This document shows, piece by piece, positions 30,851-41,893 of a DNA stretch of 54,328 nt. A program made the translations under genes and the position numbers. Position 1 is the first letter of the stretch. Every line of letters begins with the position of its first letter. Origin of the DNA: Candidatus Bathyarchaeia archaeon (GTDB lineage: Archaea > Thermoproteota > Bathyarchaeia > Bathyarchaeales > Bathycorpusculaceae); the NCBI GenBank assembly GCA_049515895.1, contig JBEKTQ010000025.1, positions 1 through 54,328 of the forward strand. The letters are read 5' to 3'. Under the pieces are notes generated by a model. The model did not search any database, was not told where the DNA came from, and worked only from the letters and a program-made list of their open reading frames with translations.

Positions 30851-31012
30851 GAAAGGAATGGGAAAAGTCGAAAAGGAACGGGGAAAAACGGGAAAGAACG
30901 GGAATGCACGGGAATCAACGGGGTGGAACGGGAGACCACGGGAAAAAACGCAACCTGCAAATGCCTCAAACCCCAAACAAGAAAACCAACCCAAAACACA
31001 AACAACAAAAAA
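30851..31012 (+). repeat. Array+tail element B (unit GGAANNAACG, 10 units)
   Basis: 10-bp period over 30851-30950; GCAACCTGCA at 30950; AACCAACCCAAAACACAAACAACAAAAA. Confidence 0.9.
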
Positions 31013-31168
31013 CGCCTACAAAAACTGCCTGAACCCTCGCTAATGACCAAGCCTCCGCTAATCGATGCATATCGAGGTAGCTCCAGCACAAAAACGAGCG
31101 CTGGAGTCCTCGTTATCACAAAATTTAATTAACGATGTTCTTTAAATGTAACTAAACTCGCTTGAGCC

Positions 31169-32521
31169 TTGAATATGCAAGCTAACCCAAAGATAACTGT
31201 CTCTAAACGGTTTGTCGCTGCCATTCTCTTAGCTGTGCTTGTCCTATCTGCATTGAATACTTACATGATTCTGGAGCGACCAAGCTTCAATTCAAACGTC
31301 GTGAGTTTCGATTTTGTCCTGTCCCAAAACGGCAACAACTACCAGATAAAAAACATGTTAACAGGTGCAACGACCAGCGTTTCAGGCAGCGTATCATCAT
31401 CAATCAATTCAGCTTTAGTTCACGGGCTATCTGTTTACTTTAATGCAGGCACTTATGTTCTGAACCAGGATATTTTGGTTTCCAACAAAGTTAACGCTAA
31501 AATTGTAGGTAACGGAGCAACTATAATTGGAAATGGCCACGAAATAGTCGTTTATGGCGACAACTACACAACTTCTCAGTACGCAACTGTTTCAGGCTTA
31601 ACGTTAATCAACGGAACACTGAGAATTGAGAACTCTTTTGGAACAACGATAACCAACATGGTTTTTGAAAACACCTCGGAAGGGATTGAATTAACCAATA
31701 CAAACACATGGAGCGAAGACACCCAAATTGACAATTGCTACTTCCTCAACGCCACCCAAGGCGTAGTTTTCGAAACACCCACAACCAACGCAACAGGCTC
31801 CTACGCCAGTTCAAGCATCGAACGCTGCTTCTTCAACATCCGCGACAACTCAGTCGGCATCAACGTTGAACCCATGGCGCAGTTTTCTGACAGCCAAATG
31901 CAAGATGTCAGGATGTGGATGGGGCAGGACGGTGTAACTAATCAAACTGGGCTTTTGGTTAATGGTTCAATGTATCAGACGTTGCTGACCAGCGTAGTTT
32001 TTGAATCCTTCACAGACGTACCCAACAACTTGTTTGCTGTTGACCTTGGTCGAAACTGTAACCCCGCACCGATGTTAGACGGCGACGTCAACTTCCTGGG
32101 CAGTTGGACAGCAAACGTCCATAACCCTTACGGCATTTGGATTTCAGGCATCGGCACCGCTTTTGAAAAACTAAACGTTAACGTTCCAGTCGGTGTGAAC
32201 GGACTATATGGTGCTAATGCAACAATTCAAGCTGTGCCGCTAAACATTTTCACCTTTGAACCCAAAATCCAAGCTGAAGGAAGCTTCGCAAACAACGAAA
32301 CCGTCACGGTACGCATCCGATTGCTGTTCGCAGACAACGTTGTCTCAAACCCTGTTACTCAAACCTTCACGAGCAGCGGGGCAGCATGGTTAAGCAACGA
32401 CCAAATCTTAACCCTATTCCCATCGCAAAGCGTGATTGTCGCCGTAGTCTTTGATGCCCAATCAAGCGCTAACACGACGAATGCAGTTGTAACTGTCAGT
32501 GGCTATGGCACAGCAGGTTAA
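31169..32521 (+). CDS. Membrane-anchored protein, probable parallel beta-helix (pectin-lyase-like)
   Basis: N-terminal TM; VYFNAGTY, I.GNGAT; Asn-rich beta repeats. Confidence 0.7.
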   Translation: MNMQANPKITVSKRFVAAILLAVLVLSALNTYMILERPSFNSNVVSFDFVLSQNGNNYQIKNMLTGATTSVSGSVSSSINSALVHGLSVYFNAGTYVLNQDILVSNKVNAKIVGNGATIIGNGHEIVVYGDNYTTSQYATVSGLTLINGTLRIENSFGTTITNMVFENTSEGIELTNTNTWSEDTQIDNCYFLNATQGVVFETPTTNATGSYASSSIERCFFNIRDNSVGINVEPMAQFSDSQMQDVRMWMGQDGVTNQTGLLVNGSMYQTLLTSVVFESFTDVPNNLFAVDLGRNCNPAPMLDGDVNFLGSWTANVHNPYGIWISGIGTAFEKLNVNVPVGVNGLYGANATIQAVPLNIFTFEPKIQAEGSFANNETVTVRIRLLFADNVVSNPVTQTFTSSGAAWLSNDQILTLFPSQSVIVAVVFDAQSSANTTNAVVTVSGYGTAG

Positions 32522-32651
32522 CGTCATAATTGGATTTACCGCTCGTTAATCAAGTTCTTTCGGCCGAATACCTTGTTAAGGGCTTAGCAGTTCTTTTCCA
32601 AAGCAATTTCTTTCACCCGAGCGACTTTAATGCTTTTCACAAGATGTAACT

Positions 32652-33455
32652 TTAGATTTCGAATTTCTCGATAATCTTTGTTTCTTTTTCACCTGTGATT
32701 TCTGCGATTACATGAAAGAACTGTTCAAGCCCCGAGTAAATTATTCTCGGTTTCAAAAGCTCATCTATCTGAAAAACACCTGCTGAATTAGACATTTTGA
32801 TCCTTATTTCAATGGGTTTTTTTCCGTTTTCAATCGTTTCAACCTCCACCTTTTCAATTGAAAGCGCGGAAACCGCGTGGATGTCAATTTTGCCTGATTG
32901 AAAAGGAATCCTTGCTCTGCCTGCCTCCATGTCCAAGGCGTCAGCGATGCCCACTATCCCCGCTTCTTTGGTCAGTATTCTGTGAGTTGGGTCAGAGCTA
33001 GGCGGCTGCTCATGTGCAACGATAGCATGCAGGACTTCAGACGTGATTATGGCTAGTTCTTCATCATTGTAAGTCGGCTTTAAACAATCCATGAACTGCA
33101 AAGCTAAAGTTACACTGTACTTTTCATGGTTATTTCTCTGCACAATCATGCCCAAGTCATGAAAGATTGAGGCTAAAACAACGACAACTTCAGCATCGTC
33201 AGTTTGCATCCCATAATTTTCAACGATGCTGGGGGTAATCAATTTTTTCTCGACAAGAATCCGCAAAAGCTTTAATGCAAGATTAGACACGATTTTAACG
33301 TGGGTTGGACCATGGTCAGTGTAGCCCATGCGTTCTATAGCCATCACGTTGCAGCATTTCCAGTAAGCCTGCAGTTTCTTGTCTTCTTTTATCTTATCCA
33401 TTACCTTCTTCAGCTTAGCGTTGCCTCGATAGGGTATGTTAAAGACATAGGACAC
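32652..33455 (-). CDS. HD-domain phosphohydrolase
   Basis: DHGPTH, FHDLG, IADALDM..GRAR. Confidence 0.9.
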   Translation of the reverse strand: MSYVFNIPYRGNAKLKKVMDKIKEDKKLQAYWKCCNVMAIERMGYTDHGPTHVKIVSNLALKLLRILVEKKLITPSIVENYGMQTDDAEVVVVLASIFHDLGMIVQRNNHEKYSVTLALQFMDCLKPTYNDEELAIITSEVLHAIVAHEQPPSSDPTHRILTKEAGIVGIADALDMEAGRARIPFQSGKIDIHAVSALSIEKVEVETIENGKKPIEIRIKMSNSAGVFQIDELLKPRIIYSGLEQFFHVIAEITGEKETKIIEKFEI

Positions 33456-33636
33456 TTCGGTGAAACTTCCTTTATCATATTCAAGGACAGAATGATTTAA
33501 ACATGCATCCAACCGTCAAAGCCGCAACTAGCACGCAATTTTTGTTTTCGGTTGCCAAACTTGCATTGTTCGATGAGCACGCTTTTAAGCACGGAAAGCA
33601 CTGTTTTTCAATATCCAAAAAACGGGGTTACACTGT

Positions 33637-33942
33637 TTGGGAAAGAAAAAAGTGCTAAGTGAAGGCGCAATCAGCGAGATGACTTACCCTGGGCAAGGCG
33701 AAGTACTAGGAGTGGTAGTGAAGCTACTTGGCTTCGACCGCATCCTAGTTAAATGCCAAGATGGCGCCGAACGTCTGTGCCGGATCCGAGGCAAAATGAA
33801 AAGACGGGTCTGGATACGCGAGGGCGACATTGTGATAGTTTCACCTTGGGAATTTCAAACTGACAAACGCGGCGATGTTGTATGGCGATATACTCACTCG
33901 CAGGCTGACACACTTAGACGAAAGGGAATTCTAACCCTTTAA
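33637..33942 (+). CDS. eif1a: Translation initiation factor aIF-1A
   Basis: CQDG.ERLCRIRGKMKRRVWIREGD.V.V.PW. Confidence 0.95.
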   Translation: MGKKKVLSEGAISEMTYPGQGEVLGVVVKLLGFDRILVKCQDGAERLCRIRGKMKRRVWIREGDIVIVSPWEFQTDKRGDVVWRYTHSQADTLRRKGILTL

Positions 33943-34158
33943 CCTAAAAATCTAAATAATTTTTACGTTTCGCGTTCAGGCTCATAATTTGTGCTTTAAG
34001 AAAATAGCAAAACGGACGTTGCAGGGTATCTTATCTGAAAATGTCCATGATTTATGTTACACCATGAAAGACCGTTGAGAATTTACATTATGATTTAAAT
34101 AACTCGAATTTTTTCCGAGCGGTTTTAATACCCTAATGGATTAGGAATGTTGATTATT

Positions 34159-34941
34159 ATGTCTCGGAAAGCAGTCGAACGTCTTGCGCATAATGAAAGA
34201 AGAGTGGAGCGAAGAGACAAGATGCTGATCCATGACATGACAAAGGAACGCGCCACTGTAGAGGAGGTTTTTGATCAAACTACCCGCATGGTTGTCTTCG
34301 ACTTGCTAAACAGCGGCGTCCTGTATGAGGTCAACGGCGTCGTTAGTTCAGGGAAAGAAGCGCGAGTCTATTGGGGGACGGATAAGGAAGGCAAGGATTT
34401 AGCAGTAAAAATTTATTTGACTTCATCAGCTGAGTTTAAAAAAGGAATGCTCAAATATATTGAAGGTGATCCCCGCTTCAAAAATGTGAAGCGAGACACG
34501 CGATCTCTCATCGCAGTATGGGCCCAGAAAGAGTTCCGCAACCTAAAAGAAGCCTCTGAAGCGCGAGTCCGCGTACCCAAGCCCATCGCCGTCAAAAGCA
34601 ACGTGGTAGTTATGGAGTTCATTGGAAAAGAAGGAGTTAGCGCCCCATCCCTTAAAGAACGGCCGCCTGAGAACCCGGAAAATGTTTATCGTTTAATTGT
34701 CACTTACCTGACGCGGCTACGTCAAAAAGCGAAGCTTGTGCACGGGGACCTAAGCGAATACAATATAATGATGTGGAAGGGCAAACCCGTGATCTTTGAC
34801 ATGTCCCAGTCGGTTTCCGTTGAGCACCCGATGGCTGATTTCCTGCTTATTAGGGACTTGACGAACTTGAATAGGTTCTTTAGTCGGTTAGATGTTAAGG
34901 TTTTTCCAGTTGAAGAATTACATAAAATGGTTGTTGGCTGA
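34159..34941 (+). CDS. rio1: RIO1 serine kinase
   Basis: SSGKEARVY, AVKIY, VHGDLSEYNI, FDMSQSV. Confidence 0.95.
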   Translation: MSRKAVERLAHNERRVERRDKMLIHDMTKERATVEEVFDQTTRMVVFDLLNSGVLYEVNGVVSSGKEARVYWGTDKEGKDLAVKIYLTSSAEFKKGMLKYIEGDPRFKNVKRDTRSLIAVWAQKEFRNLKEASEARVRVPKPIAVKSNVVVMEFIGKEGVSAPSLKERPPENPENVYRLIVTYLTRLRQKAKLVHGDLSEYNIMMWKGKPVIFDMSQSVSVEHPMADFLLIRDLTNLNRFFSRLDVKVFPVEELHKMVVG

Positions 34942-34942
34942 A

Positions 34943-35518
34943 ATGTCAGGTTTAGACACATTTGTCAAGATTCCAAAAGACCGCGTAGGCATACTTATCG
35001 GTGAAGAAGGTAAAGTGAAGCAGTATATTGAAGAGAGGCTCAATGTCAAAATCGACGTGGATAGCGAAGGCAGCGTCACCATCACGCTTACAGAAAAAGC
35101 TTCGGACCCGTCAATGCTTCTAAAAGCCAAAGATGTTGTGACAGCTATAGGAAGAGGCTTTTCACCTGATGCCACCTATCGCCTGATACGTAACGAAGAC
35201 GAAATCTTCGACTTGATTGATCTAAGGCAAATCTTCGGTCGTTCAGAATCTGACATTAAACGAGTAAAAGGCAGAATGATTGGCGCTGATGGAAAAACGA
35301 GAAAACTGATTGAGGAATTAACAGAAGCCAACATGGTAGTTTACGGTCATACAGTCGGGTTCATCGGCAGTTTTACGCAGGTTGATGCTGCACGGCACGC
35401 GGCGCAGATGATTATTGAGGGTTGCCAGCATCAAACAGTCTACAGGTACCTGCAACGGAAGCGCACTGAACTCAAGAAAGAGAAACTTCAGTTGTGGGAG
35501 AAACCTGAAAAGAAGTAA
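34943..35518 (+). CDS. KH-domain RNA-processing protein (Dim2/Pno1)
   Basis: RVGILIG, AIGRGF, GRMIG..GKT; canonical aIF1A-RIO1-KH order. Confidence 0.92.
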   Translation: MSGLDTFVKIPKDRVGILIGEEGKVKQYIEERLNVKIDVDSEGSVTITLTEKASDPSMLLKAKDVVTAIGRGFSPDATYRLIRNEDEIFDLIDLRQIFGRSESDIKRVKGRMIGADGKTRKLIEELTEANMVVYGHTVGFIGSFTQVDAARHAAQMIIEGCQHQTVYRYLQRKRTELKKEKLQLWEKPEKK

Positions 35519-35711
35519 GAAACCTTACTCTTCTAAAGGCTATAGCCAATTTTGACTGTACATATAAGCTCGATTAACACTCTTAGTTGAGATTTTGGAT
35601 AACTTAACTCATAGAAACATTAGGCACCCAGTTTGGCGCGCATTTTGCAAAGTGTTAAATAAGCAATTGTTAAATAAAACAAGATAACCCTTAGGTAGCG
35701 GGGGAGAGGTA

Positions 35712-36731
35712 TTGGAAAAATCATTTACAGGTTTGAATCATAAACCAGTTAGACTAATGACTGTGGTTCTATTTGTGGGCATTTTAGCTTTGGTTTCGTT
35801 GGCTGCTCCGGTAGTAAAAGCGCAAGGAAATCCCAAAATAACTCTTAACCCAACAGCGGATCCCCCAGGCTCAACCGTGACCGTGACCGGAACAGGATTC
35901 GGCCCAGGGCAACCAGTAAGCATGGTCATTCAAAATCAGTTGTTCGGGTATGTTAACGCCACGGATACAAAAGGCGACTTTACACTATCAATTACAGTGG
36001 GCGATTGGAGTGGAGGACTTTCCACTGTAACGGCCACAGATGGTCTCGGCAACCATGCTGGAGCATCATTCACTGTGATGGGCGGCAGCACATCATCAGC
36101 TTCTCCTACCCCAAACTCTGGTTCCTCATCTTCAGGCGGTTCCTCTTCAGGAGGTTCATCATCGGGCGGCTCGGGTGGCTCAGGCTCAGGAAATGGATTT
36201 GTCACTTTTCCACCAACCACGACTTCATCTGGCGGATTTTGGTCTCCCACAGTAATCGGCGTAATTGTAGCAGTGTTGATAGCGTTCGCCATTTCGGGGG
36301 TGCTGCTATATAGCAGATCAAGCAAGCAGCGAATGATGCTGGAAAGAGAACGGGAACGTGATAGAGAGCGAACGCCTTATGGGCCGGAGCCATCTCAGGC
36401 GCCTTATGGACCCGGCGGTCAACCTCAAGGTTACGGCCATGGACCGCAGCCTTCAACTTACAATCCGGCTCCATCAAGCCCTGCTGGCTCGTCGCGATAC
36501 ACCCCCTACAGTTACAGGCAGCAGTCAACAAGTTCCTACCAATCGCGATACAACCAGCCATCAAGCTATAGAACAAGCTCCTACGCATCGCGTTACAGCC
36601 AACCATCAAGTTACAGACAACCGCAGTCAAGCTACAGTCGACCGCCAATGCATTCAAAGACCTGCTCTAACTGCAAACGAACTGTAAGAGAAGACCAAAA
36701 CATCTGTCCATACTGCAACAAAAGGACATAG
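35712..36731 (+). CDS. Single-pass membrane protein: Ig-like domain, S/G linker, TM, Y/S/Q/P-rich tail, Zn ribbon
   Basis: Signal peptide; PGSTVTVTGTGF; C-terminal CSNC...CPYC. Confidence 0.85.
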   Translation: MEKSFTGLNHKPVRLMTVVLFVGILALVSLAAPVVKAQGNPKITLNPTADPPGSTVTVTGTGFGPGQPVSMVIQNQLFGYVNATDTKGDFTLSITVGDWSGGLSTVTATDGLGNHAGASFTVMGGSTSSASPTPNSGSSSSGGSSSGGSSSGGSGGSGSGNGFVTFPPTTTSSGGFWSPTVIGVIVAVLIAFAISGVLLYSRSSKQRMMLERERERDRERTPYGPEPSQAPYGPGGQPQGYGHGPQPSTYNPAPSSPAGSSRYTPYSYRQQSTSSYQSRYNQPSSYRTSSYASRYSQPSSYRQPQSSYSRPPMHSKTCSNCKRTVREDQNICPYCNKRT

Positions 36732-37166
36732 AGATAGCGGTTTAAGCTCCAAGCCACCGTTTGTGAGTTGCAACGCCTGTATAAAGTCTAAATCTTTTTT
36801 CCTTTTTTGTACTGCTCTTCTTAGATACTTTTATTCGAAGGATAGTTTTATGGGAAATTCTCTATAATTATTATTTTTATGTAAAATTCAGACCAGAATC
36901 TTTTGGACTATAGGTGGGCTCTTTGAGGGTAAAATAGACTATTCAGGTACCTACCTGAAAGTTATCATTTTTACCGTCTCACACTCAAGATCCTCATCAT
37001 CCTAACGTCTTCGGGGCCAGAGTCGTCATCGCCCACCCTACCAAGAAAACAGCTAACCCAACGATTAAAACGTTAAGGTAACGGCTTTCAACGTCATACC
37101 ACCAAATACTTGAGTGATCACAAAAGAAGGCTGCGTCTAAAGCCTATTTGGTGAAGATTGGGTTAG

Positions 37167-37330
37167 TTTTTTTGTTGTTTGTGTTTTGGATTGCTTTTCT
37201 GGAATGGGGCTTGGATTGGCTGCGGGTTGCGTCAACTAACGTCAACAAAAGTCAACTAACGTCAGCCAACGTCAACTAAAGTCAATAAACGTCAATTACC
37301 GTCAACGAACGTCAACTAAAGTCAAACACC
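37167..37330 (-). repeat. Array+tail element C2 (same unit type as A2, 10 units)
   Basis: (GTCAACTAAM)n over 37231-37330; TGCGGGTTGC at 37221; TTTTGTTGTTTGTGTTTTGGATTGCTT. Confidence 0.9.
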
Positions 37331-37448
37331 GACCAAAACTCGCAGAAACAAAAGAAACCTCAGGCATTTAGGAAGCCCAAAAAGATCGCCGAGAGAAAAG
37401 GCTTACAGAAGTGTGTGTAAGAGGTGGTTTTCCGGCGAATTTTGCCTC

Positions 37449-37580
37449 ATTGTGTTTTTTGGGTTGCTTTCTTGGTTTGAGGCTTGAGGCGTTGCAGGTT
37501 GCGACCCATTTCGACTCTACGTGACCCATAGCGACTCGCAACGATCCCTTTCGACTCGTAGCGACTCATTTCGACCATTT
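37449..37580 (-). repeat. Array+tail element C1 (plus-strand unit KCGACYCNTW, 8 units)
   Basis: 10-bp period over 37501-37580; TGCAGGTTGC at 37493; TGTGTTTTTTGGGTTGCTTTCTT. Confidence 0.85.
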
Positions 37581-37717
37581 TGCGCGGCGCAGTTTCGTAA
37601 AAGTGTGGAAGGAGAGGTATTTTGTCAGGGGATAGGTTGAATTGAACATTCAAAATCAAAACACACAAGCCCTTTTCGTTGCTTTGCTTGCTGCGAAAAC
37701 TTTTTTGCATATAAAAT

Positions 37718-37758
37718 TGAAGTGTTAAACTTAGTCAAGAAAGTTTGACTAAACTTCA
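37718..37758. promoter_or_regulatory. Inverted repeat TTAGTCAA-N6-TTGACTAA, candidate operator
   Basis: Arms 37731-38 and 37745-52, outer TGAAGT/ACTTCA; ~70 bp upstream of the wHTH gene. Confidence 0.5.
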
Positions 37759-37821
37759 GTTCACAACTCTTGACGAAAACGCTTTTACATTAAAACTAAC
37801 TAGACGCTCTCGAGGAATTGG

Positions 37822-38778
37822 ATGGGCAAATTAGTTACCCTTAGCCTAACTTCACCGCCTGAAAAAACGCAAAACAAACGCGACTTATCCGTAATTGTAA
37901 AATCCCTTGAAGCGGAATGCAAAGGCTGCTCCCCAATTTCTCCCCTGCAATGCATAGACCGATGCCAAGCATACAAGCTGAAAAATGAATTACGCACACT
38001 GCAAAAGGCCTTGGCAAACCCAAACTACATTAAAGAACTTTTTAATGCCCTAAAGAATGAGACAAGACTCAGCATCCTCCAAGCCATGGCAAATGGCAGG
38101 TTCACAGTTTGCCAGCTACAACATAAACTTAAAGAAGCAGGTCAAAACCATAGCCAAAGCACGATTAGCAAAGAGTACCTATCTCCTCTTGTGGCAGTCG
38201 GCCTAGCATCTCAGGTTCAGGAGGAATACTACGCGACCGCGTTTGGTCTTCGCGTGATCCAATTGCTCGCGCGCTTCCAAGAATTCGCCAGAAAACTGCC
38301 TGCCCATTCAGAATGTTACGAAGAAACGCTTCTCCAAGCTTTACTTTCAGGACCAAAAACGTTTGAAGACATAGAGCCGTTTATTCTACAAAAAAACGTT
38401 TCACGCGTACTCAAACGTTTATGCGTGGCCAGGCTGATTGCTACACCAAAAGAGAGGGACTACATTTTCTTTTTTAAATCGAAACGTGACCCTAATCAGG
38501 AAAAATTAACGAAAACCGAGCGGAAAATCTATGATGCTATCGCTAACCAGGGAATCAGCGTGGGAAACTTGGCAAAAGAAACAGGGCTGTCAACAAGAAT
38601 AACCTACAAATACCTAAGGCATTTGAAAGGCAAGAAACTAGTTTTCAATAGAAGAACACTGAAAGCCTACCGTTTAACCCGCGCAGGCGAAAAACTGGCT
38701 TTGTCGATGCAGGTTGTTCAAAAAATAGTCGAAGATGCCTGGATATCTTCGGAACTTGTCATGCGAGATAACAGGTAA
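37822..38778 (+). CDS. Multi-winged-helix DNA-binding protein with N-terminal Cys cluster
   Basis: CKGC-x7-CIDRC; ArsR-like LFNALKNETRLSIL; C-terminal LAKETGLSTRITYKYLRHL HTH. Confidence 0.8.
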   Translation: MGKLVTLSLTSPPEKTQNKRDLSVIVKSLEAECKGCSPISPLQCIDRCQAYKLKNELRTLQKALANPNYIKELFNALKNETRLSILQAMANGRFTVCQLQHKLKEAGQNHSQSTISKEYLSPLVAVGLASQVQEEYYATAFGLRVIQLLARFQEFARKLPAHSECYEETLLQALLSGPKTFEDIEPFILQKNVSRVLKRLCVARLIATPKERDYIFFFKSKRDPNQEKLTKTERKIYDAIANQGISVGNLAKETGLSTRITYKYLRHLKGKKLVFNRRTLKAYRLTRAGEKLALSMQVVQKIVEDAWISSELVMRDNR

Positions 38779-38926
38779 ATAACCAGCGGTGCCAGCTTAG
38801 CCTTCCGGACTTCTTTAGCTGAGATTTTGCCTTTGTTTACCCCCAATATTGGCAGAAATTCTCGTTGCGTTGCCTATTCGATTTGCCTTAAAATTTTGTT
38901 GGTGCCGCTTTGAGGTGGTTTTAGTA

Positions 38927-39490
38927 TCATGGCGGAGCTTTAATCTTATCGACAAATCGATGTTGCAGCTTTGCAATTTTAGGCGCAATGACAACTTGAC
39001 AATAAGGTTCCTTTGGATGCTTCTTGTAGTAGTCTTTATGGTAGGTTTCAGCCTTGTAAAACTCTCTTAGCGGTTCCACAATCGTAACTATCGGCTTATT
39101 CCATATGCCCTCTTTGTTGAGTTCATTGATGAGTTTTTCGGCTTCAGCTTTCTGTTCTTCGTTATGGTAGAAAATAGCTGACCTGTATTGCGTTCCAACG
39201 TCAGCGCCTTGTCTATTCAGCGAGGTAGGGTCGTGTATTGTAAAGAAAATTTCTAGGATTTCGCGGTAACTTATTATTTTAGGGTCGAAGAATATCTGCG
39301 CAGCTTCCGCGTGCCCCGATGTGCCTGTTGAAACCTCTTCGTAAGAAGGGTTAGGCACGGTGCCGCCTGTGTAACCGGGCTCAATTCGCTGCACGCCTTT
39401 TATTATGCTGTATGCGGCTTCTGTACACCAGAAGCAGCCGGCTGCAAGCGTTGCAATCTCTAAATTCGTTTTCATGTCAGTTTGATTCAT
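38927..39490 (-). CDS. msrA: Peptide-methionine (S)-S-oxide reductase
   Basis: [31 protein letters not shown]. Confidence 0.95.
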   Translation of the reverse strand: MNQTDMKTNLEIATLAAGCFWCTEAAYSIIKGVQRIEPGYTGGTVPNPSYEEVSTGTSGHAEAAQIFFDPKIISYREILEIFFTIHDPTSLNRQGADVGTQYRSAIFYHNEEQKAEAEKLINELNKEGIWNKPIVTIVEPLREFYKAETYHKDYYKKHPKEPYCQVVIAPKIAKLQHRFVDKIKAPP

Positions 39491-39711
39491 TCTTTATCCT
39501 TCCAAAAAAGAACTTTGATATACTCTAGTGCTGGGAAGCTTTGAACTTAACGTTTTGTGGCTGTCAGTAAACAGCAACTAATTTCAGCTTAGATTGTATT
39601 TTCCGAATAAACCTACGAACCGAAACCGCCGCTGAACTAAACCCAGTAATTGTGACAAGAAGTATCCAAAAGCCAAATAAAAGCTGCTTTAGTAACTGCA
39701 AAAAAGATAGC

Positions 39712-40374
39712 CTATACCGCAAAGATAAGTAGGCATTTGAGTGTCGCAGCCATTATCCTGAAGTTAGCTCTGATTGTGCCGCCTATTCGGGGCTTATTGC
39801 GTCTAGGCGGTGCCTCATATTTTACCTCACCTATCACGAATCCTCTCTTCCTTGCTCTAACCAACAGTTCTCCTCCGAAGGTTTCTTCGCCCTTCAAAGT
39901 TAACCCGTCTATGGCTTCTTTCTTGTAAGCCCTAAAATTTGAGTAAAAATCTGAAACTCCTAACATTTTACCCAGCGTTTTGGAGGCTACCCTCTCAGAA
40001 AATCTCGGAATAACCGTTCGTGAAGCTACGACTAAATCAACCTCCCCAAGTTTCCGAACGAGGACAGGAATGAGCTCGGGGTCATTTTCTAAGTCAGCAT
40101 CAATCGTTACAATTATAGGGAACTTGGATAGTTTCATCCCGTAAAGTAACCCCTTAGTTTGCCCTTCTCTAACTTTGGAAACCGCTACATCCGCAAGCCC
40201 CTCTGCAACCTCAACAGTTCCATCCGAAGAACTATCATCAACAACTATTATTTCATGCGGAATACTTTCCAACACAGACCGGGCCCGTAGGATTAGCTCC
40301 TCAATGTTTTCTTTTTCATTCCATGTAGTGGTAACCACGGATATGCCCTGAACCATTTTGCTGCCTGTGCTCAT
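39712..40374 (-). CDS. GT2 glycosyltransferase (DPM1-like)
   Basis: EIIVVDDSSSDGT, IDAD, ASR. Confidence 0.9.
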   Translation of the reverse strand: MSTGSKMVQGISVVTTTWNEKENIEELILRARSVLESIPHEIIVVDDSSSDGTVEVAEGLADVAVSKVREGQTKGLLYGMKLSKFPIIVTIDADLENDPELIPVLVRKLGEVDLVVASRTVIPRFSERVASKTLGKMLGVSDFYSNFRAYKKEAIDGLTLKGEETFGGELLVRARKRGFVIGEVKYEAPPRRNKPRIGGTIRANFRIMAATLKCLLIFAV

Positions 40375-40588
40375 GAGTAGCCAATGCTGAAGAACAACTA
40401 TTAAGCTCATTGACCAAAAAACTTCGAAGGGGTTTTTCGAGCAAGCCTCAAAGCGCTTTCTCAAATGCAATTTTGCTTTCTATAGTTACAGCTAAAACAA
40501 TAACGGACACATAAACTTAAAATAATTGGAAGAACTGATGTGTTAACGAATTTCATAAATTAGGTATGCACTAATAGAGGATGAAAAA

Positions 40589-41893
40589 ATGAGCAAATCA
40601 GAAAAACCCCACTTAAACCTCATCATCATGGGGCACGTTGATCACGGAAAATCAACAACCACAGGTCACCTTCTTTACCTGGCAGGCGCAATCGACGAAA
40701 GAACAATCAAAGCCTTTGAAGAAGAAGCCGAAAAAATGGGCAAAGGCACATTCAAGTACGCTTGGGTACTCGACAACCTCAAAGAAGAACGAGAAAGAGG
40801 AGTCACAATCGACCTGCGATTCTTGAAGTTCGAAACCAAGAAATTCAACTACACCGTAATCGATGCACCTGGTCACCGAGACTTCGTTAAAAACATGATT
40901 ACAGGCGCAAGCCAAGCAGATGCCGCAGTTCTCTTCTGCTCAGCCAAAAAAGGCGAGTTTGAAGCAGGCATCGGTCCAGGAGGCCAAACAAGAGAGCACG
41001 CGTTCCTTGCATTCACTTTAGGTATCCGCCAACTAATCGTCGCAGTTAACAAAATGGATGACATATCCGTTAACTACAGCAAAGAACGATACGAAGAAAT
41101 AAAGAACGAAGTTTCAAGAATGCTCCGAATGGTAGGCTTCAAAATCGAAAAAATCAACTTCATACCCGTGTCAGGCTGGACTGGCGAAAACCTGATCAAG
41201 AAAACTGACAAATTGTCATGGTACAATGGTCCAACATTAATTGAGGCGTTAGACCTCCTTGAAGTTCCAGCTAAACCAACTAACAAACCTCTACGCGTTC
41301 CCATCCAAGACATTTACAGCATCACCGGCATCGGAACAGTCCCAGTGGGCAGAGTCGAAACAGGCACTCTTAAGCCTGGACAAAACATAATCTTCATGCC
41401 AAGCAACAAGACCGGCGAAGTCAAATCCATCGAAATGCACCACACAATGATCCCAATCGCTGAACCAGGCGACAACATCGGCATGAACGTTAGAGGTATT
41501 GCGAAAGCTGACATTCACAGAGGAGACGTAGCAGGACCTGTTGACAATCCGCCAACAGTAGCTAAAGAGTTCATTGGCCAAATCATCGTCATTTACCACC
41601 CAACTGCCATAGCCGCAGGTTACACACCAGTACTGCACTACCACACAGGGCAAATCGCATGCAGATTCACAGAACTCATCAAGAAAATTGACCCGCGCAC
41701 CGGCCAAGTGACCGAAGAAAAGCCCGCGTTCCTAAAAACAGGAGACGCAGCATGGGTAAGAATGGAACCTTTGCATCCGATTGCAGTCGAACAGTACACT
41801 GACTTTCCAGAGCTAGGACGCTTCGCAATCAGAGACATGGGCACAACCGTAGCTGCTGGCGTCATAAAAGAAATAACCAAAAAGGGACCATAA
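40589..41893 (+). CDS. tuf: Elongation factor 1-alpha
   Basis: [40 protein letters not shown]; strongly biased codon use. Confidence 0.98.
   Translation: MSKSEKPHLNLIIMGHVDHGKSTTTGHLLYLAGAIDERTIKAFEEEAEKMGKGTFKYAWVLDNLKEERERGVTIDLRFLKFETKKFNYTVIDAPGHRDFVKNMITGASQADAAVLFCSAKKGEFEAGIGPGGQTREHAFLAFTLGIRQLIVAVNKMDDISVNYSKERYEEIKNEVSRMLRMVGFKIEKINFIPVSGWTGENLIKKTDKLSWYNGPTLIEALDLLEVPAKPTNKPLRVPIQDIYSITGIGTVPVGRVETGTLKPGQNIIFMPSNKTGEVKSIEMHHTMIPIAEPGDNIGMNVRGIAKADIHRGDVAGPVDNPPTVAKEFIGQIIVIYHPTAIAAGYTPVLHYHTGQIACRFTELIKKIDPRTGQVTEEKPAFLKTGDAAWVRMEPLHPIAVEQYTDFPELGRFAIRDMGTTVAAGVIKEITKKGP

Noticed and set aside
30802-31132. ORFs over element B, likewise 43938-44220, 37447-37710 and the 12343-12555 extension (shared TQPA...QPKTQTT)
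   Set aside because: A 10-bp period shifts frame every unit, starts and stops are not shared, and C1 reads the tail in another frame; peptide similarity follows from the DNA repeat
38708-38718. TGCAGGTTG match to the element anchor
   Set aside because: Inside a CDS, with no tail or array
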